Under the pieces are notes generated by a model. The model worked only from the letters and a program-made list of their open reading frames with translations, had not been told where the DNA came from and made no database searches. Of a DNA stretch of 64,000 nucleotides, positions 1 to 9,936 are shown piece by piece. The stretch spans positions 45,055 through 109,054 of the forward strand of contig CAZOVJ010000002.1 of assembly GCA_964583685.1 (NCBI GenBank). The letters run 5' to 3'. This DNA comes from an uncultured Gammaproteobacteria bacterium. GTDB lineage: Bacteria > Patescibacteriota > Microgenomatia > UBA8517. The position numbers and the translations under genes were made by a program. Within the stretch, counting starts at the first letter, position 1; each line of letters begins with the position of its first letter.

Positions 1-643
1 TGGCCGAAATCACCTTTTCCAGGCCTAAAATATTTATTTCATGGCTTAAAAATTCAACAACTTTCTCAAGCCGCTTTTTGACAGAAAAAGTCTCGAGTAA
101 TTTTTGTTTTTCTGTAGCTCTTACATCAAGAAGCAGGGCAATCGTATCAACTAGTTCAATCGGGCTAATTTGTCCAGAAATGATTTTCATAACCGTGCTA
201 ATCTCTACCCCTTTACCCAAATTTATTGCCTTTTTAAACAATTCTGAAAGCTGGCGAGAAAGAGCCTCAACCTTATCCCCTGAATATTCCTTTTCAGGAA
301 TTTCTGAAACCCTCCCCAGCAAATAAGGCCGTTGAACAAGCATCTTTTCTAACTTTATCCTTGCTTGTCCCTTAATCACCGCGTGCAGTCCATTCTCTAC
401 TGAAATAACTTGGCTTATGGTGGCAATAACTCCCACCTTATAAAGATCCTCAGGTTTTGGGTTTACTACTCTCGCATCTTTCTGACTAAAGACAGCAATT
501 ATCCGTCCTTCTTGAAAAGCAGAGTTCACGGCGGCAATAGACTTTGGCCGACCAAAAGTAAGTATTGAATCGGTATGGGGAAAAATTACCGAGCCACGGA
601 TAGCAACTACTGGTACTGTTCTCATCTCCGACTTTTTATCCAT
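1..643 (-). CDS. lon: Lon protease, N-terminal part (runs off window)
   Basis: Manual translation MDKKSEMRTVPVVAIRGSVIFPHTDSILTFGRPKSIAAV...KQKLLETFSVKKRLEKV matches the Lon N domain; not in the ORF track because it is partial. Confidence 0.85.
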   Translation of the reverse strand, partial: MDKKSEMRTVPVVAIRGSVIFPHTDSILTFGRPKSIAAVNSAFQEGRIIAVFSQKDARVVNPKPEDLYKVGVIATISQVISVENGLHAVIKGQARIKLEKMLVQRPYLLGRVSEIPEKEYSGDKVEALSRQLSELFKKAINLGKGVEISTVMKIISGQISPIELVDTIALLLDVRATEKQKLLETFSVKKRLEKVVEFLSHEINILGLEKVISA

Positions 644-686
644 AGATTAATAATGTTTAGCAGTCTAGCATATAGAGTGCTAGTAG

Positions 687-1139
687 TCAACTTTTGAGTG
701 TTCGAAATTTATCTATAAATAAGGCAATTAAAATGCCAATCAGCGCCCCAGAAGCAACATCAATGAGGTAATGGACGTTGGCTAACATCCGACCAATACC
801 AATCAATAAGGCTACTAGGAAAAGCAGTAGACCCATTTTCTTTTGATGCAGGGCGATTGTTGTTGCCAAGGCAAAAGCCAAAGCGGTATGCAAGGAGGGA
901 AAACTGGAAGTGGTAAAATGACCGGCCAAAGGTTGATTCCCGTTTATCAGATATGGCCTGGGGAGAGCAAAGAGCTCTTTGGCAATCAAGGCAACTGTTC
1001 CCGCTAAAATCGAAGCAAAGATAATTCTGAGAACCTCTTTCTTTTTCTTTTCAACAAACCAAAGATAAGTTAAAACAACGACAAACAATAATAAAACACC
1101 ATAGGTATTTAAAAAGATAACAATGGGAGTATCAATCAT
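687..1139 (-). CDS. PAP2-family phosphatase (undecaprenyl-PP phosphatase-like)
   Basis: KELFALPRP, SFPSLH and RMLANVHYLIDV PAP2 motifs; hydrophobic. Confidence 0.85.
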   Translation of the reverse strand: MIDTPIVIFLNTYGVLLLFVVVLTYLWFVEKKKKEVLRIIFASILAGTVALIAKELFALPRPYLINGNQPLAGHFTTSSFPSLHTALAFALATTIALHQKKMGLLLFLVALLIGIGRMLANVHYLIDVASGALIGILIALFIDKFRTLKS

Positions 1140-1794
1140 GAATAACTATCCGAGTACCCGGGTTCTTTGGACTGGAGTAGACGGAATTCCTTCCTTCAGC
1201 TAAAATCGGAGCTGTCCAATAATACAATCTTCCAGCCACAGGCGTTGGCAGATTGACACAACCATGACTGTGAGGCCGGCCAAAATCATTGTGCCAATAA
1301 GTTCCGTGTAAACCATAGCCTTTCCAACTAGGAACCTGATCATTTTCAAAATACATAATATAGGGAACACCGGGAAGATAGTAATAATACTTACCCTGGC
1401 CTCCTTCCATCTTGGCATAACGGAGCTTAATCCAAATCTGGAACTCCCCCCGGGGCGTCGGTGTCCAGGGAAGCCCGGTTGAAATCGCTGTTTGCAAAAA
1501 AAGATTATCCCCTTCCCAAGCTTTCAATTCCTGGTCCGAGAGATCAACCTCAACCCAGCGATTAGAGGGCACAGCCACTCCTAAAACAGGCATTTTCTTT
1601 TCTTCTGCTACCAATTCCGGTACAGGGATTTCTTTGCCTTCAAAAAAAGCTTTTTCCTCCCCTTCAAACAAGCCCGAATAACTCTCTGTTAAACAACCGC
1701 TACAAAAACTTACCCTTCTGTAAGTGGCGACAAAAACTCCGGCCGCCAAAAGTAGAAATATAGGTGTTAAAAGCAAAAAACTTCGTTTGGGCAT
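1132..1794 (-). CDS. L,D-transpeptidase (YkuD family)
   Basis: VDLSDQ, TPRGEF, HGTYWHN...SHGCVN catalytic motif; N-terminal anchor. Confidence 0.9.
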   Translation of the reverse strand: MPKRSFLLLTPIFLLLAAGVFVATYRRVSFCSGCLTESYSGLFEGEEKAFFEGKEIPVPELVAEEKKMPVLGVAVPSNRWVEVDLSDQELKAWEGDNLFLQTAISTGLPWTPTPRGEFQIWIKLRYAKMEGGQGKYYYYLPGVPYIMYFENDQVPSWKGYGLHGTYWHNDFGRPHSHGCVNLPTPVAGRLYYWTAPILAEGRNSVYSSPKNPGTRIVIHD

Positions 1795-1841
1795 TTGATT
1801 TATCCTATCATAGATTCTAATGCCTGTGCTAGAATTAATTT

Positions 1842-2228
1842 ATGAGTAAAAAGTACAACCTTGGCAACAGTTTCAAATTTGCCTTCTCGGGCATTAAAGA
1901 AGCCTTAATCAAGGAGCCAAATTTTAGAATTCATATTGTGTTGGCTTTATCAATTATGATTTTGGCAATAATATTAGGCTTGTCAACAATAGAGTGGCTC
2001 ATTCTCTTATTTACCATCAGCTTTGTCCTCATTCTGGAACTAATCAACACTGGGCTTGAGGCCCTTGTTGACCTGGTCAGCCCGGAGATATCTGAAAAGG
2101 CCAGAATAGCCAAAAATGTTTCAGCCGCAGCCGTTCTTTTGGCAGCCATTCTTTCAATTATAGTAGGGGTTATTCTTTTTTTACCGAAGATAATCAATAG
2201 CAAAATCTTTCCAATTAGCTTTATTTAA
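1842..2228 (+). CDS. dgkA: Diacylglycerol/undecaprenol kinase
   Basis: SFKFAFSG..EPNFRIH, ELINT.LE.LVD, AKNVSAAAV. Confidence 0.9.
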   Translation: MSKKYNLGNSFKFAFSGIKEALIKEPNFRIHIVLALSIMILAIILGLSTIEWLILLFTISFVLILELINTGLEALVDLVSPEISEKARIAKNVSAAAVLLAAILSIIVGVILFLPKIINSKIFPISFI

Positions 2229-2861
2229 AACATCAAGCTTAACCGCCTTGGTCAGCCAATATCCATCAATTTTGGTTCTTCTCAGCTCTTTTAAATATGC
2301 ACCGCATCCTATTTTTCTACCAATATCTCGGGCTAGAGCTCGGATATAGGTCCCACTGGAAACCCAACACTCAATAGCCAAAATCGGATAGTTATAGTCA
2401 AGCACTTTAATTGAATGAATCGTTATTTTCCTGGATGGCAAATGAACCTCTTTTCCCTTCCGAGCCAGTTGATAAGCCTTTTTGCCTTTTAATTTTATGG
2501 CTGAAAAAGCGGGCGGAATCTGCCTGATCTCGCCCCTAAAAGAATCTACAATTTTCTTTATTTCTTTTTCAGCCGGAACTAGAAATCCCCTAACCCTTGA
2601 GGTAACCTTTCCCTCGCTATCATCAGTTTCTCGCTCTTCACCCAAGAAAATCTCTGCTCTATATGTTTTCCGACCTTTCCTGGTAATTTTTCCCAGTTGC
2701 TTTGTTGAATCCCGACCAATACCCAGAATGAGTAAACCTGTTGCATTGGGGTCAAGGGTGCCAGCATGACCAACACGTCGCTCACCAGTAATCCCCCGCA
2801 CCCTATCCACTACATCATGCGAAGTCATTCCCTTGGGTTTATCTATCAGAAGAAACATCAC
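2181..2861 (-). CDS. truB: tRNA pseudouridine(55) synthase
   Basis: [35 protein letters not shown]. Confidence 0.95.
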   Translation of the reverse strand: MMFLLIDKPKGMTSHDVVDRVRGITGERRVGHAGTLDPNATGLLILGIGRDSTKQLGKITRKGRKTYRAEIFLGEERETDDSEGKVTSRVRGFLVPAEKEIKKIVDSFRGEIRQIPPAFSAIKLKGKKAYQLARKGKEVHLPSRKITIHSIKVLDYNYPILAIECWVSSGTYIRALARDIGRKIGCGAYLKELRRTKIDGYWLTKAVKLDVLNKANWKDFAIDYLR

Positions 2862-3274
2862 TCTCCAATAACCTTGACCAGAACCCGCTTTTGTCTTTGA
2901 CCGTCAAATTCTCCATAAAAAATCTGTTCCCAAGGGCCAAAATCTAGCTTTCCGTTTGTAACCGCGACCACAACTTCTCTTCCCATAATTTGCCTTTTAA
3001 TATGAGCATGAGCATTATCCTCACCAGTTAAGTTGTGTTTATAGCCTTTTGGATCATAAGGGATGTACTTTCCTAACCACTCTTTAAAATCTTCTTTGAG
3101 TCCACTCTCTTCATCATTAATAAAAACGCTTGCCGTAATATGCATTGCATTCACAAGACAAAGGCCTTCTTTTATTCCAGATTCTGCCACGACACGTTCA
3201 ACCTCACTGGTAATATTGACAAACTCAATTTTATCTTTTGTATTAAAGGTCAGATATTCAGTTTTCGATTTCAT
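2858..3274 (-). CDS. yjbQ: YjbQ/UPF0047 family protein
   Basis: [27 protein letters not shown]. Confidence 0.9.
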   Translation of the reverse strand: MKSKTEYLTFNTKDKIEFVNITSEVERVVAESGIKEGLCLVNAMHITASVFINDEESGLKEDFKEWLGKYIPYDPKGYKHNLTGEDNAHAHIKRQIMGREVVVAVTNGKLDFGPWEQIFYGEFDGQRQKRVLVKVIGE

Positions 3275-3284
3275 AAACTATTTT

Positions 3285-3372
3285 AAAACCATAGGTGCAG
3301 TATTTCAATTTAGCCTGAAAAATGGTAAAATTCAAGCGCTATTGCGGGGCGGTGTAATGGTAGCACACTGCT
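3285..3372 (+). repeat. Direct repeat of the tRNA-Gln promoter plus tRNA 5' half (pseudo-tRNA 3343-3372)
   Basis: Near-identical to 6755-6842; similarity stops after the 5' strand of the anticodon stem (..tagcacactgct). Confidence 0.9.
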
Positions 3373-3479
3373 TAACCCGCCTCCGTTTCTGCCAGTTATC
3401 TAGTGACGGATCAAGATCTCCCTGGAACCTTCAACAAAAGTAACAATAACTACTAACTGGGGGCTTTATCTTTAGGACG

Positions 3480-4310
3480 TCATGTCAATTTTAATTTTAT
3501 GGCTGAAGCAAATCTCCCTTCAAGCTTTTGGTGCTCGCTCCCTTTTGCACCCGCTCCATAATGGGAAAAGAAATGGCTACCATCACGTATGGTACATAGG
3601 CCAGAAGTCTCAATATTTTCCGGAGCTACTCCAGCCCCAATCAAATCCATCTTAATACAAAGAGGTAAGTCGAAAAAAAGTTTACTCCCTTGTTTATTAA
3701 ATAAAGATTCCGGCAAGAATTTTCTCGCATCAAACTTAACCAACACATTATTCCACATATTAGATCTGGTTATATCAAAACTCTGTTTGCCTATGCAAGG
3801 ACCTATGGTTACCCTTACATTAGCACTGTTTACACCAAAGACTCGTTGCATTACTTCAACAGTATGCCTAGCGACTCCGGCAACTGCTCCCAAAAGACCT
3901 GCATGGACTATCGCAATAACTTTTTGAACTGAATCATAAAATAATACCGGCGCACAATCTGCCACACATAAAAATAAAGTAACATTTTTGTTATCGGTGA
4001 TAATGCCATCGTAACCTTTTCCTATAATTTCCAGCGGAAACTTCGAGTGTGAATCAGTATGTCTCTTCTTAGTATTATCATCCATTAAAGTTAGTAAGTT
4101 GGTTCCTTGGGTAATCTCCGGTTCTAAAAGAATTGAACTTACATCAAGATTAATCTTTTCCATAAAATTATTTCGATTATTCAGAGAAACTTGCCTGCTG
4201 CCTCTACTCAATGCCATGTTCCCTAGAGATTTATCTGAAAACCCATGTATTATACCCAATTCTTGAGACATTAAAGGTGAATACCAAACTTTACTTCGAA
4301 ACTCGTACAT
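3480..4310 (-). CDS. YfiH/PgeF (laccase-domain) family protein
   Basis: DGIIT, VADCAPVL, HAG, IGPCI, CT...FFSH motifs. Confidence 0.85.
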   Translation of the reverse strand: MYEFRSKVWYSPLMSQELGIIHGFSDKSLGNMALSRGSRQVSLNNRNNFMEKINLDVSSILLEPEITQGTNLLTLMDDNTKKRHTDSHSKFPLEIIGKGYDGIITDNKNVTLFLCVADCAPVLFYDSVQKVIAIVHAGLLGAVAGVARHTVEVMQRVFGVNSANVRVTIGPCIGKQSFDITRSNMWNNVLVKFDARKFLPESLFNKQGSKLFFDLPLCIKMDLIGAGVAPENIETSGLCTIRDGSHFFSHYGAGAKGSEHQKLEGRFASAIKLKLT

Positions 4311-4370
4311 ATGATTTTTTAACTTTATTAAACCCGTCGGTTAGATCAAGACCTCCTTCTGAATACGCTT

Positions 4371-4928
4371 TTATTTTCTGCTCTTAAGCTTTTTTTCAAG
4401 ATCAAATTCTCGGATAACATTGGCTGCGGCCTTTGGTACAAGATGATCCCATTTTTGGCCACAGGCAATGAGATTTCTTATTTTGTCACCAATGGTAAAT
4501 CGATCCGACATATCTTTCTCCCACAAAATTTCGACTTTTAAGCCAAGCGATTTTAAAATTTCCACTTTTACTCGATTCCATCTTTCATAAATGGTAGTAA
4601 AAAAAATTGCGTCTGAGGGCACGTAATTAAGGATCAGTTGTGGGAAATTTATAGGAAAGGAAACGATATCAAAATCTTCCCTGCGAACACCCGCCTCTAA
4701 TAAAGCACCTTTTATCATTAAAAATCTCTCGTAATAAGTAAATGGGTTAGATTTAGTAGAAGAGCGTGCTAAATTACTCTGATGGTCCGCTGTAAGCGTC
4801 GGATCTGGGTTTGTAATGCCGACTATTAGATAGTCACAACGAGCTTTAGCGGCTAAAATATATTCCATATGCCCCAAGTGAATCGGCTGGAAACGACCAT
4901 GAACTACGCCAACTTTTTTTGTTTTCAT
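4371..4928 (-). CDS. NMN/nicotinamide-nucleotide adenylyltransferase-like (cytidylyltransferase fold)
   Basis: GRFQPIHLGH (HxGH) and NPFTYYER, typical of NadM-type NMNAT. Confidence 0.8.
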   Translation of the reverse strand: MKTKKVGVVHGRFQPIHLGHMEYILAAKARCDYLIVGITNPDPTLTADHQSNLARSSTKSNPFTYYERFLMIKGALLEAGVRREDFDIVSFPINFPQLILNYVPSDAIFFTTIYERWNRVKVEILKSLGLKVEILWEKDMSDRFTIGDKIRNLIACGQKWDHLVPKAAANVIREFDLEKKLKSRK

Positions 4929-4951
4929 TATAAATTTTATTGAGAAATAAA

Positions 4952-6199
4952 TTATTGATGCGCAATAAGGACAGAAGGAATGTTTCTGCCATTAATCCCA
5001 TTCCACTTAGGCTTAGCACCTGTGAAGTCAATATAGTGTAAATTGCCAAAAACACTGAAACCATTATTTTTATCTTTAACACAAAGTTTGCTGCTTTGCC
5101 CTGCATCACAAACCGCAGCCTGAACAAAATCAAATTTTTGAGTAAGTAGGTCATGAAGCTCATAGATGTTTAAACCTGATTGGTTTTCAATAAAAGGAAA
5201 AGAATCTGCCAGGAAAAAGATAACCTTACTTTTCGTGAAAAATATAATACTCCACGCTTTAAAAAAACCTTTCTCTAGAGGCTTGATCTTGCCGTCATAA
5301 CTAGGAATAACTTCTCTAGTTATTATCTTTCTAAGGGATTTAGCTTTTTTAGGCAAAGTAAAGCTTAATGTAACAGCATTATCGTGTCTTCTTACTGTGT
5401 AATTATCAATTACCACCTTATGGATCAAATCTCCAACCGTTATATCATTTTGCAATCTTTTATCTGTTTCGATTACATAGAGATAGTCAAATAAGCTCAA
5501 AGGCTTGGTGCTTTTCTTCGCAACAGAAACTTGTCCTTTTTTATTAAGATCAACACCTAAGAGTATTCTATCCTTAAAGCAATTCAACATCGTTGTCTTT
5601 CTAATCGCAATTCTTGCCTTGCGAATACTATTTTCGTATTTAAATCGAATATCCGAAACCCCATAAATAATGGCATCACAACCATTGTTTGGCCCTAAAT
5701 TCTTATAATTTTTGGCGCCAATCCATTTCAGTTCTATATTCCCTATAGCCATTTCGCCTTCTGCTTTCAAAAACCTAATTGAAAGTTTGCCCTGGCGTTC
5801 AATTAAACTAACTCTGCTATTGCTGGGGAACTGCAACACTTTTCCTTGGCTAACATACAAGTTAAGGGCTTGAACTTTTGGAACCCTACCCTTATCCGTC
5901 AGATATAAATTACAGGTATTTATACTGCCTAATAAATTGGGAGAAATCTCCTTATAAAATTTTTCAGTGAATTTCAATAATGAATTTGGCATAAAATCAT
6001 TTATAAGAGAAAATTTATATGTACTTTTTGGTATTTCGAGCCAATATAAATTAACAAATCTGTCACTAGTGGGCCAGTAAGTCTCCTGATTTAAAAAAGC
6101 ACATTTACCCATCCTTGTTCTTTTTCTATTAATTGGGCTAATTCCTTTTTGTTCGAGTAGTTTGTCTTCGTTATTAGCAAGCATCGGTTGTACATTCAA
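4952..6199 (-). CDS. Hypothetical protein; C-terminus resembles a degenerate phosphodiester glycosidase (NAGPA-like)
   Basis: SGLNIYELHDLL...AAVCDAGQSS...RNIPSVL echoes the GxTLxEL...A.NLDGGGSS...R.V pattern. Confidence 0.45.
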   Translation of the reverse strand: MNVQPMLANNEDKLLEQKGISPINRKRTRMGKCAFLNQETYWPTSDRFVNLYWLEIPKSTYKFSLINDFMPNSLLKFTEKFYKEISPNLLGSINTCNLYLTDKGRVPKVQALNLYVSQGKVLQFPSNSRVSLIERQGKLSIRFLKAEGEMAIGNIELKWIGAKNYKNLGPNNGCDAIIYGVSDIRFKYENSIRKARIAIRKTTMLNCFKDRILLGVDLNKKGQVSVAKKSTKPLSLFDYLYVIETDKRLQNDITVGDLIHKVVIDNYTVRRHDNAVTLSFTLPKKAKSLRKIITREVIPSYDGKIKPLEKGFFKAWSIIFFTKSKVIFFLADSFPFIENQSGLNIYELHDLLTQKFDFVQAAVCDAGQSSKLCVKDKNNGFSVFGNLHYIDFTGAKPKWNGINGRNIPSVLIAHQ

Positions 6200-6257
6200 A
6201 AATGAATTAATAAAGACTCTACCAACGCGGTCGTATACACCAAAATCCGTAATAGTT

Positions 6258-6581
6258 TTATTTTAACATATTACCTTTTCTGATAATTACATGCTTGAAC
6301 CATTTTTCTTGAAATCTGGTTTGTTTTTCAATTTCTTCATCTGATAATTTGATTCCTTTTGAAACAACAATTAGTTTGTCGCTATTGTCATTGATTCTGT
6401 GAATCACAGCAATACAAATCCCTTTGGCTTTTTTAAGAGGTTTACCGACTCCCAAATAATAAGCATCTAATTCTTCGCCATCTGGAGAATATGTATTGGG
6501 AATAAGCCCATAATTTGCTTCATAGAGAAAACAATGTTTGGGATGTTTACTCCCCAAAGGTCGGTCAATAATAACCTCCAA
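6258..6581 (-). CDS. Inorganic pyrophosphatase-like small protein (possibly 5'-truncated)
   Basis: IDRPLGSKHPKH, NYG, DGEELD, DKLIV. Confidence 0.7.
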   Translation of the reverse strand: MEVIIDRPLGSKHPKHCFLYEANYGLIPNTYSPDGEELDAYYLGVGKPLKKAKGICIAVIHRINDNSDKLIVVSKGIKLSDEEIEKQTRFQEKWFKHVIIRKGNMLK

Positions 6582-6586
6582 AAATA

Positions 6587-6751
6587 TTACTCTGGTCGTA
6601 TGTTGTTGGTTGACCTATCCAGCTCGTTATCTGGAATTTCCAAATTTGATATAAGTTTTCTTGCTTCTTTGCGAGTTTTGTAAGACCCACCCAGATTCCT
6701 CCTTGTTTTCTCACTTAAAACATAATAACCATTTTTTCTTTTAATTATCAT
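6587..6751 (-). CDS. Small basic hypothetical protein (MIIKRKNGYYVLSEK...), possibly truncated or chimeric
   Basis: ORF track; likely ATG at 6751, just outside the duplicated promoter, like yjbQ at the other copy. Confidence 0.4.
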   Translation of the reverse strand: MIIKRKNGYYVLSEKTRRNLGGSYKTRKEARKLISNLEIPDNELDRSTNNIRPE

Positions 6752-6812
6752 TAAAAAACCATAGATACAGTATTTCAATTTAGCCTGAAAAATGGTAAAA
6801 TTTAAGTGTTAT

Positions 6813-6883
6813 TGCGGGGTGGTGTAATGGTAGCACACTGCTCTCTGGAAGCAGGAATCGGGGTTCGAATCCCTGCCCCGCAG
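6813..6883 (+). tRNA. tRNA-Gln (anticodon CTG), CCA not encoded
   Basis: Acceptor TGCGGGG/CCCCGCA, anticodon arm CTGCT-CT CTG GA-AGCAG, T loop GGTTCGAATCC; TGGTAAAAT -10 upstream. Confidence 0.95.
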
Positions 6884-6989
6884 CACAGATTCAAGCGGCA
6901 CTATGTGGTCTCAAAAAAAGTCCTTATTTTTATTCTTGAAAAAAATTGATAATAAGCTATAATTCCAGGAAACGAATCAAAAGGCAGAA

Positions 6990-7466
6990 ATGAGAATAAA
7001 AGAATTATTTACTGGGCCTATAAAAACAGAGCACCCGCAAGGTGGCGAATTAAGGATGAATGCGGAGACGCTGGATCAAATGAAGGAGCAAATTGTATCA
7101 TTGTTTGAAGAAAAATTTGGCAGATATCGTCTGGCTCTGATTTTAAGGTATTGGGGTAAGAAACCAATTCGACATGCTGTCGAGGAAGATAGGCCTAGAA
7201 CTTTGCCTTTTGATATTATCGCTGATGTTAGACATAACATTGATACCTCAAAACAAGCACTTGCCCAAGCCCCCTTAACAAAAGGTGAGAAAAGGACAAC
7301 TTTTATTGCTCTTTTTAGCCGATTAGACGAACTGCTCCATGATCACCTGATCGAACAGGGTGAATCAGATGATATCTTCTATGATCTAAGTGAAGTTCAC
7401 GCAGTAATCGAGGATTGTTTGCAAGATTACCAACAAAGACTACATCTCCTTCCAGAGGTTGAGTAA
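6990..7466 (+). CDS. Hypothetical protein
   Basis: 158-aa ORF preceded by TATAAT; no recognised motif. Confidence 0.6.
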   Translation: MRIKELFTGPIKTEHPQGGELRMNAETLDQMKEQIVSLFEEKFGRYRLALILRYWGKKPIRHAVEEDRPRTLPFDIIADVRHNIDTSKQALAQAPLTKGEKRTTFIALFSRLDELLHDHLIEQGESDDIFYDLSEVHAVIEDCLQDYQQRLHLLPEVE

Positions 7467-7512
7467 AATCAGGAAACAACTTCTCTAGCTTGAGATAAAA
7501 CATTAGTCATAA

Positions 7513-7586
7513 GGTTATGGGTTCGGAAGGTTCTAGCCCGGTATGCTCAGCCGAATTGGATACCTTTTTCATACTGTCTCACTTGT
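7513..7586 (+). repeat. Array site: core element (7513-7552) plus TTTTTCATACTGTCTCA box (7565-7586)
   Basis: ggttatgggttcggaaggttctagcccggtatgctcagcc; a weaker copy follows at 7631-7650. Confidence 0.8.
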
Positions 7587-7881
7587 ACTTTTATGGTAAA
7601 TTAGGAGTTATGGAGTTGTAAGGATAAAACAGGTCTAGGCCAGCTTACTCTTTAATTACTTCGCAGTTATAGTGAATGAAGCTTAGTCTCATCAAACTCA
7701 TTATTTGAATGTTAATTCCAGAATTGGAAGCCTCGGGAGGGAAAATTTAAAGTAATATAAGCTTTTGTGCTTACATTGTCCTTCATTTTCTAAATCCCTC
7801 CCGAGGAGACCCGTGTAAAAGATTATTGATTCGAGTTGCTTATAACTCTTATCAACTTTTAACCTCCTACCCGAGTCTCCC

Positions 7882-9864
7882 CTACTGTTTCTCTTCAACA
7901 ACCTTACCGTCCTTTATTACAATCACCCTGTTAGCCATCTTTGCAAACTGCTCGTCGTGAGTGATAACCACCAAGGCTTTACCTTGCTGTCTGAGATCTT
8001 GAATCAACTTAGCCACCTTCAACATAGCAGCTGAGTCAAGACCAATTGTGGGTTCATCCAACACCAAAGTTGTAACAGCTGTGTTGCAGGACGCTATGGC
8101 CAACATTCTTACATCTGAAGGGTGCAGGTCCAGCGGACAAGTCAAAGGATTCAAACCTGTCCATTCAAGACCCCCCCTAACAAAGGCATCTGTATCCGAT
8201 TCAGACCACCCCAAGATCTTTGGACCAAAGCTAAGTTCTTCTTCAACAATCATGGCAGTTATCTGCAAAGCCGCATGTTGGAAAACGTAGCCCACCTGAC
8301 CCACCGTTTCTACCGTACCTTTAGCTGGTTTTATGGCACCAGCCAGGGTAAGCATGGCAGTTGTTTTGCCTGAGCCGTTGGGTCCCATAATGGCAACAAC
8401 CTCTCCCTCTTTCAAGGTAAGATCAATGCCTTTAAGGATTTCGTTTCCCTCGAGGGCTACATATACACCGTTCATTCGGGCAACAACATCGCCCAAGTCA
8501 CTTTTGGGATACTTCTCCGGCTGGTCTACAAGGTTGCAACGAGATAGCCACTCGTCGCTATTGAAGAAATTGTTTGGACTAAGGTCTGCCGTAAGTTTCC
8601 CCTCCTCTAGAACATAGACTCTATCAGTAAATCTAGCCAACTCTTGCCAAAATGGGTCGGCTATCACTACAGTGCAAGCTTGTTTGGACCGCAAGATACT
8701 GAGCGCTTCCATAAAGTCAACTCTACCCTGAGGATCAAGCTCCTGCATGGGCGAGTCCAGTAAAAGTGTCTTTGCCCCAGAGACCAAAGCTCCAGCCAAC
8801 ACCAGTCGTACTTGTTCACCGCCGGATAGCTTCGTTGTCTCACGATCCCACAACTCACCAATCCCCATAGTATCTAGAGCTTCTTTGGCTTCTTTCTCAT
8901 CTTTAGCTAAAAAAGAAATCTCTTGTCCCACTGTAAGACCGTATATTGAAGCAAAAGGATCTGGTGCAACATAGCGGGCAAAGCTGCATAAGGCAGACAA
9001 CGGTATCTCGTGGGCAAGCTTACCCGAAACCAATACCCCGCCTTTAAGCCCTCCCATAATCCAGGGAACGACCCCACCCATCACTCTTAAAAGAGTCGTC
9101 TTTCCCGCCGCATTCTTACCAGCGAGATAGACAAATTCGCCTGACCTAATGGTTAGACTTATGTCTTCAAGAACATCCGGAAGTCCAGGAGAATAACGAG
9201 CAAAGACATTCTTAAGTTTAATGTCTCCTTCCATCTGGCTTTCTTCTGTGTGGTGAGATTGAAAAGCAAGTGTTGCTTGCTGGGAATTTACTATAATCCG
9301 AGGGATGATGGCTACTGCCAAGGGCACAAGATTTTTAATATTGGCCCTAATTGAATCCCATCGTAAACCTCGGATAATTAGTGATTGAGTAAGGGCAACA
9401 AATTCCCGTCTGAGTATTTGTATGCCCCGCAAAATCCCTAAAGCCCATGTTCTTATGGGTTTAATCCAAGCAATCCCCCGATACATCTCTGGCGCCGGTG
9501 TTGAAAACAACCAGGCGAACGAGATCAACATCACCCCAGCAAGTCTTGAGCCGGTAACCAAACCGCGTTCTATTCCCACTGAATTGATTGTAAAGACAAA
9601 CCAGTGAATCCCACCGTACTCAGGGGGTGAAAGTATGGCGTTGTAAAGAAACACCATCCCGCCTGAGACTGGCGCAGCCAGAGCCAATTTCCAGTTCCTG
9701 TTGCTATTAGCAAGAAACAAAAGCAACCCTACTACTAGAAGGGAAATGGCTCCTGTTACGTTATTTATAAAGATAAACAACAGGCTCACTGTGAACACTA
9801 TGGCGAATCTCAATTCTGGTGGGAGAACACCTAAACCGAAACCTCTCTTTCTATTTGAGAACAT
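7882..9864 (-). CDS. ECF transporter, fused EcfT plus two ABC ATPase domains
   Basis: N-terminal TM CbiQ/EcfT-like region; GKNAAGKTT/LSGGEQ and GPNGSGKTT/LDEPT. Confidence 0.85.
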   Translation of the reverse strand: MFSNRKRGFGLGVLPPELRFAIVFTVSLLFIFINNVTGAISLLVVGLLLFLANSNRNWKLALAAPVSGGMVFLYNAILSPPEYGGIHWFVFTINSVGIERGLVTGSRLAGVMLISFAWLFSTPAPEMYRGIAWIKPIRTWALGILRGIQILRREFVALTQSLIIRGLRWDSIRANIKNLVPLAVAIIPRIIVNSQQATLAFQSHHTEESQMEGDIKLKNVFARYSPGLPDVLEDISLTIRSGEFVYLAGKNAAGKTTLLRVMGGVVPWIMGGLKGGVLVSGKLAHEIPLSALCSFARYVAPDPFASIYGLTVGQEISFLAKDEKEAKEALDTMGIGELWDRETTKLSGGEQVRLVLAGALVSGAKTLLLDSPMQELDPQGRVDFMEALSILRSKQACTVVIADPFWQELARFTDRVYVLEEGKLTADLSPNNFFNSDEWLSRCNLVDQPEKYPKSDLGDVVARMNGVYVALEGNEILKGIDLTLKEGEVVAIMGPNGSGKTTAMLTLAGAIKPAKGTVETVGQVGYVFQHAALQITAMIVEEELSFGPKILGWSESDTDAFVRGGLEWTGLNPLTCPLDLHPSDVRMLAIASCNTAVTTLVLDEPTIGLDSAAMLKVAKLIQDLRQQGKALVVITHDEQFAKMANRVIVIKDGKVVEEKQ

Positions 9865-9936
9865 TTTCCTCTCCCTTCCCTAAGGGAAATAGAGGAGACG
9901 GGTAGTGGTACTATCCGTCTCCCAGATCCGCATATC

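Noticed and set aside
78-326. Short antisense ORFs in the ORF track (e.g. 78-326, 9905-10474, 45748-46104, 63171-63581)
   Set aside because: They are shadows of well-supported genes on the opposite strand.
3343-3372. Second complete or intron-split tRNA-Gln
   Set aside because: Only the 5' 30 nt are present; no separate matching 3' half was found, and the downstream copy is already complete.
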